From NCBI GenBank assembly GCA_965644295.1, contig CBFFRP010000363.1, forward strand, positions 496,001 to 560,000: a DNA stretch of 64,000 nucleotides. The letters are read 5' to 3'. Both the position numbers and the translations under genes were made by a program. Positions within the stretch are counted from its first letter, which is position 1. Each line of letters opens with the position of its first letter. This document shows positions 1 to 10,637 of the stretch, piece after piece. The notes beneath the pieces are model-generated. The model ran no database searches. It had not been told where the DNA came from and saw only the letters and a program-made list of their open reading frames with translations. The stretch is from Paraphysomonas bandaiensis (taxonomy: Eukaryota > Protista > Chrysophyceae).

Positions 1-2
1 TG

Positions 3-3000
3 ATTAACTATGCCAACGAGGCTCTACAGCTAATTTATAGCAAAGAGGTGTTGGTTGGTGAGCATGAGCTATTCGTAGAAGAAGGGTTACAGGAGGTGCA
101 CGTTGGTGATAGCTTCCGATCTAACGAGGGCTGCATTGAGTTGATTGGTGTTGGGAGCAAGAGTATCGTATCCTATCTGGACTCCGTATGTGTACGGGCA
201 GGGATCGAGGAAGAAGTCTTTACATCGTTGCTACATACCAATATTGTGGACAATCCTTTCTTTCCGCCCCCACGAACAGTTGAGAAGAAAGAAAAGTTTC
301 GCGTCAAGCATTATGCGAGAACTGTCACGTACACTGTGGGCACATTTATTTCTCGGAACATGGATGTTAGGCTTACCGAGCTAGATGAGCTACTGCTCTC
401 CAGCAGTCACAATGCTAAATGCGGCTTGTTTGGAGACATCGGGGGTAATATAATGCAAGGAAATAGCACACCTGGATCTGGCTATGAGTCTGACGACAAC
501 GGACCATCGACTCGAACTAGTAGGGTGAGCAGTATGTCTCGGGTTGACTCTATAAAACAAAAATTTACAGAAGATGACTCCCCAACCCGCCCTCTAAGCT
601 TATCCATCGAAGGGAATACACTGGGGCGAAACACGACACCTTCTGTTCCCGGTAAAAGGTCAGGGAAGGCGTATACAGTAGCCGGTTCGTTCGTGAAAAG
701 TATGTCGGAATTGACGAAGACACTATCCTCAACGAAGTGCTCTTTCATTCGATGTATTAAACCGAACGCCAGTATGACACCTGGAAAGTTTGAGAATCAG
801 TGTGTAGTGGACCAGCTGCGCTGCCTTGGTGTCGTTCAAACGTGTGAAGTGTTGCAAGCAGGGATGCCAACGAGAATAAAGATGACTGAACTCGAACAAA
901 TGTACAGACCGCTACTTCCAGACAAACTACAGCGTATACTGCGTAACATATCTGAACACGGCTTCGTACGTGCAGTTATGTGGGCGTTCCAGATCCCGTT
1001 GGACTCGTATAAAATTGGAAAAACGAGAGTATTTTTTCGAGTTGGAAAGATCGCATTGTTGAAGGAACTGACAGAGGTAGATATGAACTCGGACAGAGGA
1101 AAATGGCTTGCTGATAGATTAAGGAAATATGTCAGTCGATTGTGGTGGAGAAAGTCGCTAACTAAGTTATTTTGCGACAGTGCGTGGAAATCTCTTCTGC
1201 GCCATTGTCGAAATAGGAGGAATGCAGTAAGAACGATCGAGAATGCGTGGTGGACATTTGGTAACTCTGAGAAGAAGTGGCGACGGAAATATATTAGGCG
1301 TAAATGGCGAATAGCTATTCTAGCTGTCCGCTGTCAGAATCGCCTAATTAGTGACTATCACCTCATAAAGGAGGCCACTGCGATGAGGCTGTCGGCGGAA
1401 GCAGACGCAGAGGAGGCGATTAGGCGCATGGATGAAAAAGCGGCAGCAGAGGAGACTCCAGAAATGGATGACACAACGGTATCCACTGAGAAACCTGGGA
1501 GTGAAGATGGTGACATTTCTGATAACGAAGAAACTGCAAGTAGGGTCCGGTCAGAGAGTTTGTCCGCTGCAAAAATGCGGACTGAAATGCAAGCCCTTGT
1601 TGCCGCATCCAGTTTAGCGACTGTTAGTGTTTGTCTTTTCCGATGGACGAAGATAAAATTATTTGCCGCCTTTGAAACCTGGCTCTGTGTGCTTCCCAAG
1701 GACGTGCTGGAAAGACAGCAGCGGGTCAGACGCCTGTCATCGCAATCTGTGCACGGTGGGATGCGAAGGAGTATAGTAGCTAGAGATGACTCCTTGGATG
1801 ATGTTAGTTCACAGGACGATGGCATCGGGTGTGAGGAAACTGTATCTCTTGAGTCGGTGGGTGCAGGACCCACTGTGGATTCGACTTCCTCACAGCGCCA
1901 ATCCTCTAAAGTAGCTCACATGGTGATGAACAAGAAGGAAAGGGATCACAAGTCATTACAATCTCCGGCATTGAATAGACAGTTGTCAGCCTCGCCACTT
2001 GAGGGACAAGTACCCGATGGAAAGTGCTTTGAATGCGTGGAAAGAGCAGCGGCCGTGTGGTGCGGAGAGTGTACTCAAGATTATTGTAAACTGTGTTCTC
2101 AGTTTGTGCACGGTTGTTGCAAAATTATGAAATTTCACAACCCTGTAGCAATAGATAAAAAGCCTAGCCTTACGTCTCGTAATGTGAATTACACGACGGA
2201 ACGGACAGACTCGTTCACAGCAGTTCCATTCGAGTCTTCTCCACATCGACCTGTCACTACGTTGAATCGTAGTGAGGGCGAAAGCAATGTGGGCGATACA
2301 TCAGATGGAGGAATAGGGGCACATACGCGGCAACCGCGGAACAGTGACACAGATGCTGGTCCTAAGCGCAGGCGTAACAGTTTGGCAAAAAGTCAATCAA
2401 ACACGGAGTCTATGCCATTCAGTATGAGCATGACTCGAGGTGGAGGGGACGACACGAGCCACAAGGACCCTTGTGCCATTAAGTCATGCAACCGTGAAGC
2501 CTGTAAAGGGGTGTCCATTCGATTCTGTGAGGAGCACTATGAAGAGTTTAGGTCCAGCATGAAAGGCGGCGGGGGAGAGGGAGAAGAGAACGAGGCCAAG
2601 ACATTGCAGCAACAGGTAGCTTTGCTGAAGAAGCAATTACAAGAGTCAGGGCAACAACCTGTGGAATTCGTGGAGCTCTCTGTTGCACGTGAGCGTATGC
2701 AACAGGCTGTGCAGCGTTTGATGGGGGGAGAAGAGGCCGCAGAGAAAGATATAGAGCGATGGGACAAGGCAATTCGAATGAATCCAGAATATCAAAAAGA
2801 AATGGAGGAGAAAGCGAAGCAGTGGGAAATTGACCAGGCACCAAAGAATAGGGAATGCTTACTTAAAATGCGTGGCCTGATCCCACCTGATGTAACCTCT
2901 ACTACCAAATCAAAGATGGCGGAGGAGGGTGTGCCTAAGAGCATCGCAACTCGCATCTGGACGAAAAAGTGCTTGTGGGTCATAAACACCCATCCGGAGG

Positions 3001-4109
3001 ATACAAAGAAGGTCCATATCGCTGACTTGCAAACCAAGTACGGGAACCAGGGCCTTGATATTGTAGAGATGCGAGCAATTTGGGCCAATATGCCAGAAGA
3101 ATTTGATAATGATGGGGATGGCAAGAAAGCTCAGTGGCGTGCCCTTTTTCGCCAAAAGCTGGAGGAACTTACAGCAAAGGAGGCGAGTAATAGGCTATCT
3201 AATATGGAGAAACGTAACCCAGCGTACAAAGGGCATGATGACCTAGTAATATATGATCCCCACGTAGAAATTACTCGAGCTGCAGTGCAAAAGTCTACTG
3301 CATTTGATGCCACTGAAAAGCCGGAAATTAAGAGTACACTTGGAGAAGGTATCAAAGAGTTGAAAAAACAAATGGCGACGGTTGAGAAACCGCTACTTGA
3401 TGGCTCCTTGCTACATTTAGTGGGAGGATCGGGGGATGTGGAGGGGGGTAAAAAGGTATGGGTAGTACTTCTGCTTCAGAAAAAGGCCGTGCTTGTCTAT
3501 CCTAATCAGCACGTGGCAATGGAAGGAGAGGAGCCTAGTAGCGAGCTGACGATAACAACAGCCCACACAATTAAAACTGGACCCGGCAGTCGTACATTCT
3601 GTGTGATGGAGGGCGACAAAGAAATTAGAGCGTTTCAGTCTGATAAAAACAAGAGAGAAAAATGGGTAGCGGCTCTGGAGGAGATTGTGAAGCTCGTTAA
3701 CACTGCTCCCAAAATAGTGAAACCAAGCAAACCACCTCCTGCAGAACCTGCAGAACCTGCCCGACCAAAGCCCAGTTTCCTTGCTGGCATAACTGCAAAG
3801 CGTGGTGATGATGCCAGCAAGCCGGCCGAGAAGCCAAGTTTTTTATCTGCAATATCTGCTCGTAAGAAGGCTGGGACGGGAGATGCACCCCCAGAAAAGC
3901 CTAATTTTCTTGCGGCAATATCAAGCCGGAAAAAAGATGAAAACTCAGACACTACTGCTCAAAGCAAGCCTGCGAGCTTTTTAGACGCTATTGCCCAGAG
4001 GAAGCAAGACCCGCCGAGCACGGGAGCTTCGCAGCCAGATTCACCAGCTAAACCTGCTGCAGAGCAACCAAGACCAAAGTCTACGAGAATCAAAACAATG
4101 GATATATAG
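3..4109 (+). CDS. Unconventional myosin heavy chain, 5' end outside window: end of motor domain, B-box zinc finger, coiled coil, PH-like domain, WH2-like C-terminal repeats
   Basis: Frame is open from nt 3 (INYANEALQ, the myosin 'INYANEKLQ' motif). Motor motifs FRVKHYA.TVTY, FIRCIKPN, QLRCLGV and YKIGKTRVFFR are present. B-box-like CFEC...WCGEC..DYCKLC...H..H at ~2024-2140; PH-like region ~3400-3700; four KPxFLxAI repeats at ~3768-4005. Confidence 0.95.
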   Translation: MNYANEALQLIYSKEVLVGEHELFVEEGLQEVHVGDSFRSNEGCIELIGVGSKSIVSYLDSVCVRAGIEEEVFTSLLHTNIVDNPFFPPPRTVEKKEKFRVKHYARTVTYTVGTFISRNMDVRLTELDELLLSSSHNAKCGLFGDIGGNIMQGNSTPGSGYESDDNGPSTRTSRVSSMSRVDSIKQKFTEDDSPTRPLSLSIEGNTLGRNTTPSVPGKRSGKAYTVAGSFVKSMSELTKTLSSTKCSFIRCIKPNASMTPGKFENQCVVDQLRCLGVVQTCEVLQAGMPTRIKMTELEQMYRPLLPDKLQRILRNISEHGFVRAVMWAFQIPLDSYKIGKTRVFFRVGKIALLKELTEVDMNSDRGKWLADRLRKYVSRLWWRKSLTKLFCDSAWKSLLRHCRNRRNAVRTIENAWWTFGNSEKKWRRKYIRRKWRIAILAVRCQNRLISDYHLIKEATAMRLSAEADAEEAIRRMDEKAAAEETPEMDDTTVSTEKPGSEDGDISDNEETASRVRSESLSAAKMRTEMQALVAASSLATVSVCLFRWTKIKLFAAFETWLCVLPKDVLERQQRVRRLSSQSVHGGMRRSIVARDDSLDDVSSQDDGIGCEETVSLESVGAGPTVDSTSSQRQSSKVAHMVMNKKERDHKSLQSPALNRQLSASPLEGQVPDGKCFECVERAAAVWCGECTQDYCKLCSQFVHGCCKIMKFHNPVAIDKKPSLTSRNVNYTTERTDSFTAVPFESSPHRPVTTLNRSEGESNVGDTSDGGIGAHTRQPRNSDTDAGPKRRRNSLAKSQSNTESMPFSMSMTRGGGDDTSHKDPCAIKSCNREACKGVSIRFCEEHYEEFRSSMKGGGGEGEENEAKTLQQQVALLKKQLQESGQQPVEFVELSVARERMQQAVQRLMGGEEAAEKDIERWDKAIRMNPEYQKEMEEKAKQWEIDQAPKNRECLLKMRGLIPPDVTSTTKSKMAEEGVPKSIATRIWTKKCLWVINTHPEDTKKVHIADLQTKYGNQGLDIVEMRAIWANMPEEFDNDGDGKKAQWRALFRQKLEELTAKEASNRLSNMEKRNPAYKGHDDLVIYDPHVEITRAAVQKSTAFDATEKPEIKSTLGEGIKELKKQMATVEKPLLDGSLLHLVGGSGDVEGGKKVWVVLLLQKKAVLVYPNQHVAMEGEEPSSELTITTAHTIKTGPGSRTFCVMEGDKEIRAFQSDKNKREKWVAALEEIVKLVNTAPKIVKPSKPPPAEPAEPARPKPSFLAGITAKRGDDASKPAEKPSFLSAISARKKAGTGDAPPEKPNFLAAISSRKKDENSDTTAQSKPASFLDAIAQRKQDPPSTGASQPDSPAKPAAEQPRPKSTRIKTMDI

Positions 4110-6355
4110 ACAATTAGAACATATCCTCAGATAGATAAGTAGGTTTAAGCGCATCTACCTGTCGTATACCAATCTGGTGAGAGTATAGGTGTAGTGTGAT
4201 GAAATCAACGACGGACCAGTAATTATCTGCTTGCTTTATCAGCATAAAATAATTCAGGAGGTTCTGCGTCCTTTACTTTAGTATGTGTGGATTGGTGATA
4301 ATTTTGCGAATAGGTTACATAGAATTTGACCTTGCCATTTCGTAGATACTCAGCAATTAGAAAACAGTATATGAAACTGATACCTCAATATTACGAGACG
4401 TAAGAATTCATGTGAACAGGGCTAGGGAAAATGATATTGCAATACTATTTTTAGATAGCGTTTCATCACTCTAATGTTTTCTTACCAAACAATACTCTTG
4501 CAATTTGATTATATTGTGAGCTACTTTAACAATCTATATTAATGGAATATTTGGTCCAGCTCTGATGTGAAGTATTAGTATACTCAAGCAACATGTTGAT
4601 ACCACTTCGAATTCTCTAATAAGAAATCGTCGAATATATTACTGTAGCAGAGTCCTTTCAAAAACAATGCTCAACTATTATCTAACTGACGCTCATACGT
4701 TTTAAAAAGTCTTTTCTCGACACCGTGACTCACAGTCATAACATTAAACATCACGGTCATCTAAGATACATATCGGCTTTGGTATTAACTTTTTGCTATT
4801 TCCAGTTAGATATAGTCGGCGCTCGGCGTTAATGCTCACAGCAACGTAACTGTGTTATATATATTTGAATAAGGACTACATATTTATATATTGTATTTAT
4901 CGCAAATTTAATATTAGGGGGAGCTTGATAAAAAGTACCATATTAAAACTGCCCCATTCCGAATGCGTGGCCACAGTGTAGGCTCGCTGGTACACCACAC
5001 ATAACATCGAGATTACGTGCTGATTCTACCACCCGCCTACCCATGTACCAACGTAGCTGACCGCATAGATCACGCGCAGATTCTGTTGCTGCCCCGCCCG
5101 TGTTCACACTTCGCTAAGATTACGCGGGATTTCCATAGCTGCACATGACCTATATATGTTGTATGTAGTTCGCGCAGATTCTAGTAGGACCATGTTTACC
5201 TTCCCATTACCTAACAAAGAACACCACACAATACTCTATCAAAGTTTGACATTAAATTATATGAAAAGAATTAACTTAACAACAGAAGTAAACTTTTACT
5301 CAATGCTGAGAATTATTAATTATAATCAATATCTCTTATCATTCACCAATTTCATGTTGTCTCTACTACCACTTATTTCTGGTACAATCTTACTTCGTCA
5401 CTATATTCCGTTTCACTACTATATGGATATCGTCATTCATTCTCACAATGCAATTAATACGAGTACAACTGTATACTACTGTAATTTAAATACCTTATAA
5501 CTACAGCTTTCAATTGCTCTCATATAGAGCAGGGCTCAACATACTCAGTATAGACCTAGCGTTGTATTGGTATGGCGCCTTCCCCCTTAAATGCGTGGGA
5601 TTGCTCGTAGCATATCTCATATAGGCTATACAAGTATTGCGTAGAGTGTAGATCTAGTGCTAAATATTACAAAGTTGCTATCTATACTTACAAGCGATTA
5701 TCAATTGTACTTCTGGCACGTGTACCAGAAATAATAGATGCAGAATCAACTGCACCTGTGTCTACCCACTCCTTAGTGGGTTCCTGAATATAAATCCACC
5801 TCGGAATACTGTCGCTTTTACTGGAGGGGATATGAGGCTTGTCCTGGTGGGCTACATTCAACATTCAATATTACGTACATTACATAAACAAGCATACAAA
5901 AGTTATACCAAATGCAAGCGAGAAGTTCTTGGAGCTCACTGACTTATCCTCCCTGTGGTAGCACATCTCTTCTAGTTGTTATAAACAAGATGATAGGAAC
6001 CCTCGTCATTGACAGCATGGCCTGTACACGCATCCTGGTGACAGTAACAGTTTCGTCACCAGGAGAACACGTGATAGAGGGGCTACCATCATTCTGATCT
6101 TGTAATGTCATGCCTGGTGCTCGTATTCATATATATATATGTCCACTATGTGGGCATCGCACACAAGATGCATCATGATCGCCTGCATACGTATTGGCAT
6201 CCTTCGTATATTTTTGTTCCAAGATGCCTCTAATATTGAGACAACAATTATGTGTATTCCAGCCGTATTTGAATTGCAGTAATATAGAGGATTTATGCTT
6301 CAATTTATTTCCGAAACATTGATACGTAGACAGATGCTGAAAAAAGACGCACGAC

Positions 6356-7062
6356 TGTATGTATGTATGTATGTATGTATGTATGTATGTATGTATGTAT
6401 GTATGTATGTATGTATGTATGTATGTATGTATGTATGTATGTATGTATGTATGTATGTATGTATGTATGTATGTATGTATGTATGTATGTATGTATGTAT
6501 GTATGTATGTATGTATGTATGTATGTATGTATGTATGTATGTATGTATGTATGTATGTATGTATGTATGTATGTATGTACACTGTATGTATGTATGTATG
6601 TATGTATGTATGTATGTATGTATGTATGTATGTATGTACACTGTATGTATGTATGTATGTATGTATGTATGTATGTATGTATGTATGTATGTATGTATGT
6701 ATGTATGTATGTATGTATGTATGTATGTATGTATGTATGTATGTATGTATGTATGTATGTATGTATGTATGTATGTATGTATGTATGTATGTATGTATGT
6801 ATGTATGTATGTATGTATGTATGTATGTATGTATGTATGTATGTATGTATGTATGTATGTATGTATGTATGTATGTATGTATGTATGTATGTATGTATGT
6901 ATGTATGTATGTATGTATGTATGTATGTATGTATGTATGTATGTATGTATGTATGTATGTATGTATGTATGTATGTATGTATGTATGTATGTATGTATGT
7001 ATGTATGTATGTATGTATGTATGTATGTATGTATGTATGTATGTATGTATGTATGTATGTAT
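6356..7062 (+). repeat. (TATG)n microsatellite, ~700 bp
   Basis: Pure TATG tract with two identical 'tacactg' interruptions near 6578 and 6637. Confidence 0.99.
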
Positions 7063-7326
7063 ACCGTGTTGTAGGTTTCTATGTACAGTAGGTAGGTATA
7101 TAGGTACGAAGTTAGGTAGGTAGGTACAGCAGAAGGTAGCCACTGTATGATCTGGAGTGTCCAGTCACCAATTCGAGTGAACGCACTGTCCCTCATGCGT
7201 GTCGCTGTCACTCTGTTAGGATGACAGTATCGCCCATTTCCGTCTTGAATTATTGCATTCTGTACATCGCATTTTCTAATTTGCTGTCACGAAGTTACAC
7301 TCTTAGTCTGAACTGAAGCGAGTATT

Positions 7327-7887
7327 ATGAATCGGACTTATAGCTTTAAAGTTGGCGATGAACGATTTCAATTTTCAAATGTCGATGCTGTGAATGTTGT
7401 CGACTCTGGTATGGTTTTCCCATTATATCAATCTCTGAAGGACAATGAAATTAAACAATGTGATTTGGTATTCAACTACAAGTGCGATTCAGATAAATGC
7501 AACTTTGATACTTGTTTAGCACAAATGAGAGATTCGGCAGAATTGAAAGCAAGGGGGCTAAAAGATACATCAGTAATTGTCGCAGAAACTGTGAAAGACA
7601 ATCAACAGCTCTTTACAGCAAAGGAAGTTGGTGGGTTTGTACTACAATCAACTGGAAATAGTCAACTTTTTATTCGAAATGCCACATTTGATGCATGTTA
7701 CAACACACGAATTGGATTTCTTGATCTGACCGAAACACGCCGAAGGTTCATTCGTCAACACGAATTACAAAAGCTTAACTCCTGGAACAGTGGACAAATA
7801 ATGATTGGTGTTGTAAGTGGAGGTATTATTGGTGTGGGTGGAACACTGGCAGCATTAAAATTCTTTGCCAAATATGCTCCAAAATAA
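7327..7887 (+). CDS. Hypothetical 186-aa intronless protein with a C-terminal hydrophobic segment (possibly tail-anchored)
   Basis: Clean ATG..TAA ORF with globular-looking composition, ending IMIGVVSGGIIGVGGTLAAL plus the basic tail KFFAKYAPK. No family recognised. Confidence 0.6.
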   Translation: MNRTYSFKVGDERFQFSNVDAVNVVDSGMVFPLYQSLKDNEIKQCDLVFNYKCDSDKCNFDTCLAQMRDSAELKARGLKDTSVIVAETVKDNQQLFTAKEVGGFVLQSTGNSQLFIRNATFDACYNTRIGFLDLTETRRRFIRQHELQKLNSWNSGQIMIGVVSGGIIGVGGTLAALKFFAKYAPK

Positions 7888-8912
7888 TAAATCGTTGGTA
7901 ATCAGCACTCAGGCTCACACTTATAGTAATGTTTTTGTTTGTGATGAAATGTGAATAGTGCCCAATTCCAAGGGCGTGCCGTAGTAAAGTACTAGTGTTC
8001 ATTAAGCTAAGCAACGTATAGATTGTTAATAAAATCTCAGCGTATTTTTTGTATGTCGGCGCCAAGCAAGCTCTAGATCTACACTACACTTGCATATTGC
8101 ATAGCCTATATGAGATTAACTACGAGAAACAACGCGCATTTTAGGGGAGGAGGGGGGGGGCGGCCAATACCACGCTAGGCCTATACTGATTCATGTATTG
8201 TCAGGAGAAGATTCGCGAGTTCTTTGTTAGGTAATGGGAAGGTAAACATGGTCCTACTAGAATCTGCGCGAACTACATACAACATATATAGGTCATGTGC
8301 AGCTATGGAAATCCCGCGTAATCTTAGCGAAGTGTGAACACGGGCGGGGCAGCAACAGAACCTGCGCGTGATCTATGCGGTCAGCTACGTTGGTACACGG
8401 GTAGGCGGTGGTAGAATAAGCACATAATCTCGATGCTATGTGTGGTGTACCAGCGAGCCTACACTATGACCACGCATTCGGAATGGGGCAGTTTTAATAT
8501 GGTACTTTTTATCAAGCTTCTTTCTCCCTGATATTTAATTTGTGATGAAACCAATATATAAAGAAGTCCTTATTCAAACTCAACTTCTTAATCTATTGCG
8601 CTCAACTCTTTTTCTCTATAATTCATTGAGTATACACAGAATTTAAATAGAATTATTGAAATGTAGGTAAATTTCGTTGACGTATTTTGCTGTAGCTACT
8701 ACATACACATGCATGCGTTTGCTGCAAATTAACGACAAATCTTGATATATGCTAAATTTCACCTAATCTTATAGTTCATTACAGTACACCATCTAGTTCT
8801 CATTATTGCTTGCGCATGTAACAGAAAAGCAATAACTGTACCCCAATGAATGAACTGATTATTACTCAACAGACCAATAGTACTCCAGCTACACACTCTA
8901 CTACTCTAGTCT

Positions 8913-9384
8913 CTAGTACCAATACTTATTACCTGACACTAGCCGGGAGTCTCTGGAGCTTAAAGCCATTTCTGATACATTATTTCTCTTTTTACCACGA
9001 CTGAGAGCATTGCTCAGTAAGTCGAGCATATCCACTACCTCACCTGCATGGTCTTCTTTTTCCATTTCAAACACGGTTTCATGCTGTAAATCAGCACATG
9101 AATCAACGACGTACTCGGACTGAACTTTCACTGCGCATTTCAAATGCTTTTCTCCCCTCCAATACTAATAGGCATACTGCTTGCTTGCGTCGTCTTCAAT
9201 AACCTCGAGACATACACTCTCCGCTTTTCTACAGGTCACGGGAACCCACTTGTCACGCTCATTTTGTCGATAATGAGGCATAAACCTTCACAATAGCTCT
9301 CCCGCATAGTGATGAAGCTTGCAATACGAACTCACAGTTAATAATGGCACGATTCACAGTGTATTCGCTCTCTCAAATTCCTTC
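8913..9384 (-). pseudogene. Degenerate coding fragment inside the tandem unit (repeated in all 4 copies)
   Basis: One minus-strand frame reads as protein-like (KEFERANTL*IVPLL...ELL*RFMPHYRQNERDKWVPVTC...YAY*YWRGEKHLKCAVKV...) with isolated TGA/TAG stops. Family unknown, possibly transposon-derived. Confidence 0.4.
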
Positions 9385-9545
9385 TGTGGGAATAAGTCGA
9401 TCCAGCGGAATATGTCGATCCAGCAAAAAAATCGACCTTTTTTCGTTATTTCTCTGAAATATATTCGTCAAAAAACAGCATGCATCAAAAAAACCTGGAT
9501 TTTTTTGCTGGATCGACATATTCTGCTGGATCTTATATTCCCACA
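9385..9545. mobile_element. 161-bp MITE-like element inside the tandem unit (also 11322-11482, 13259-13419, 15196-15356)
   Basis: ~48-bp imperfect TIRs TGTGGGAATA...GTCGATCCAGC / GCTGGATCGAC...TATTCCCACA with repeated GATCCAGC motifs. No clear TSD. Confidence 0.75.
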
Positions 9546-10497
9546 CACAGAATTGTTGCCTTATTGGAATTCCAAGACATCACTATCTAAGTGCGTGGCA
9601 TTCGCTACTTCAAAATTGAAGTTGCGGTTTCTGCAGCACGACATCAAGATTTCAGCTGGATGATGGTATCTTGTTCCCTCAAACCATCCCTATCTGCTTC
9701 TTGGAGTTCCAAAACGCTGTTCACATACCAGTGCCTGCCCATACTTCAATGTTCTGTTCGACGTCACACTTTAGTCAGCCGCATTTGCGATTACTACACA
9801 ATCACAACTTCACTGCAATCAAGTCAGAGTTATCATCACGACTAAGATTCGTGTCCTCACAGTGAGTGTTGCCTGGAGTGACACTTCTTTATTGGCATGC
9901 TCCATTTCTGATTGGCTTCTGCGGTATATTTTTTTGGACAAGACGATGAAAAACGACGCTTTTGTTCTCGTTAGCGCGAAGGGCATCCCAGTAGAGCTCA
10001 TAGAACTCCCATCCATACACTCGTATCCAGAATATACTCCAGAGCGCAAGTAAAACTCCCTTGCCTGACAATCCTGGAGTTTTACTTGCGCTCTGGAGCT
10101 TGAGGAAGATTTTACTCCCTTGCCTGACGATCCTGCAGAGTGTTCGATCATGGAAGACCGCAGTCCTGATCCCTTCTATCAGACATTGCATGCTCTTACT
10201 TGTCCAGATACACTGGATGAAATGATTCGTTACTAATATTCGCCGCAAGGGAATGGATACTTTAAACGAGCAGCAGCATGTGGCAGCTCGAACAGCCGAA
10301 CTGGAGACATCACGGTATCATGACCAGCTCACTGAAACCAATTCATTTCCGTCGGCTGACTTAACACTGCTTCCTGCATCGTTTGTTTCTACTTATTTAG
10401 TAATATTTTTTGCTATCTGTTCCTTAGTCTTAGTTTGTTTCATTTTTACCATTAACTAACATTCGATACAACGTAACTTTTACTTACATAACCTTTC

Positions 10498-10637
10498 GAC
10501 ACTTAGTAACACTTACTTCTATTCACACTTAGTAACAACTTAGTAACACTTACTTCTATTCACACTTAGTAACAACTTAGTAACACTTACTTAGTAACAC
10601 TTACTTCTATTCACACTTAGTAACAACTTAGTAACAC
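10498..10637. repeat. ACTTAGTAAC / ACTTACTTCTATTCAC minisatellite at the end of each tandem unit
   Basis: Directly visible. It recurs at +1937 and +3874, and as a duplicated block at ~18860-19133. Confidence 0.9.

Larger units (their letters stand above)
4864..8578. mobile_element. Segment bounded by ~350-bp inverted repeats (foldback or Pack-MULE-like non-autonomous element)
   Basis: 4864-5221 is a near-perfect reverse complement of 8220-8578. A second, more diverged pair matches 5540-5658 to ~8070-8195. No TSD or transposase was found. Confidence 0.6.

Noticed and set aside
6127-7211. ORFs translating as YIHT/MYVC repeats (also 44848-45847)
   Set aside because: Artefacts of the stop-free TATG microsatellite.
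9319-10459. Short overlapping ORFs in the tandem unit as real genes
   Set aside because: Mostly non-ATG starts, several cross the MITE or hairpin, and no motifs are recognisable. At most these are decayed TE fragments.
10498-10637. Short repeated motifs resembling a CRISPR array or telomere
   Set aside because: No unique spacers and no cas genes in a eukaryotic context. The units are irregular and not a telomeric repeat.
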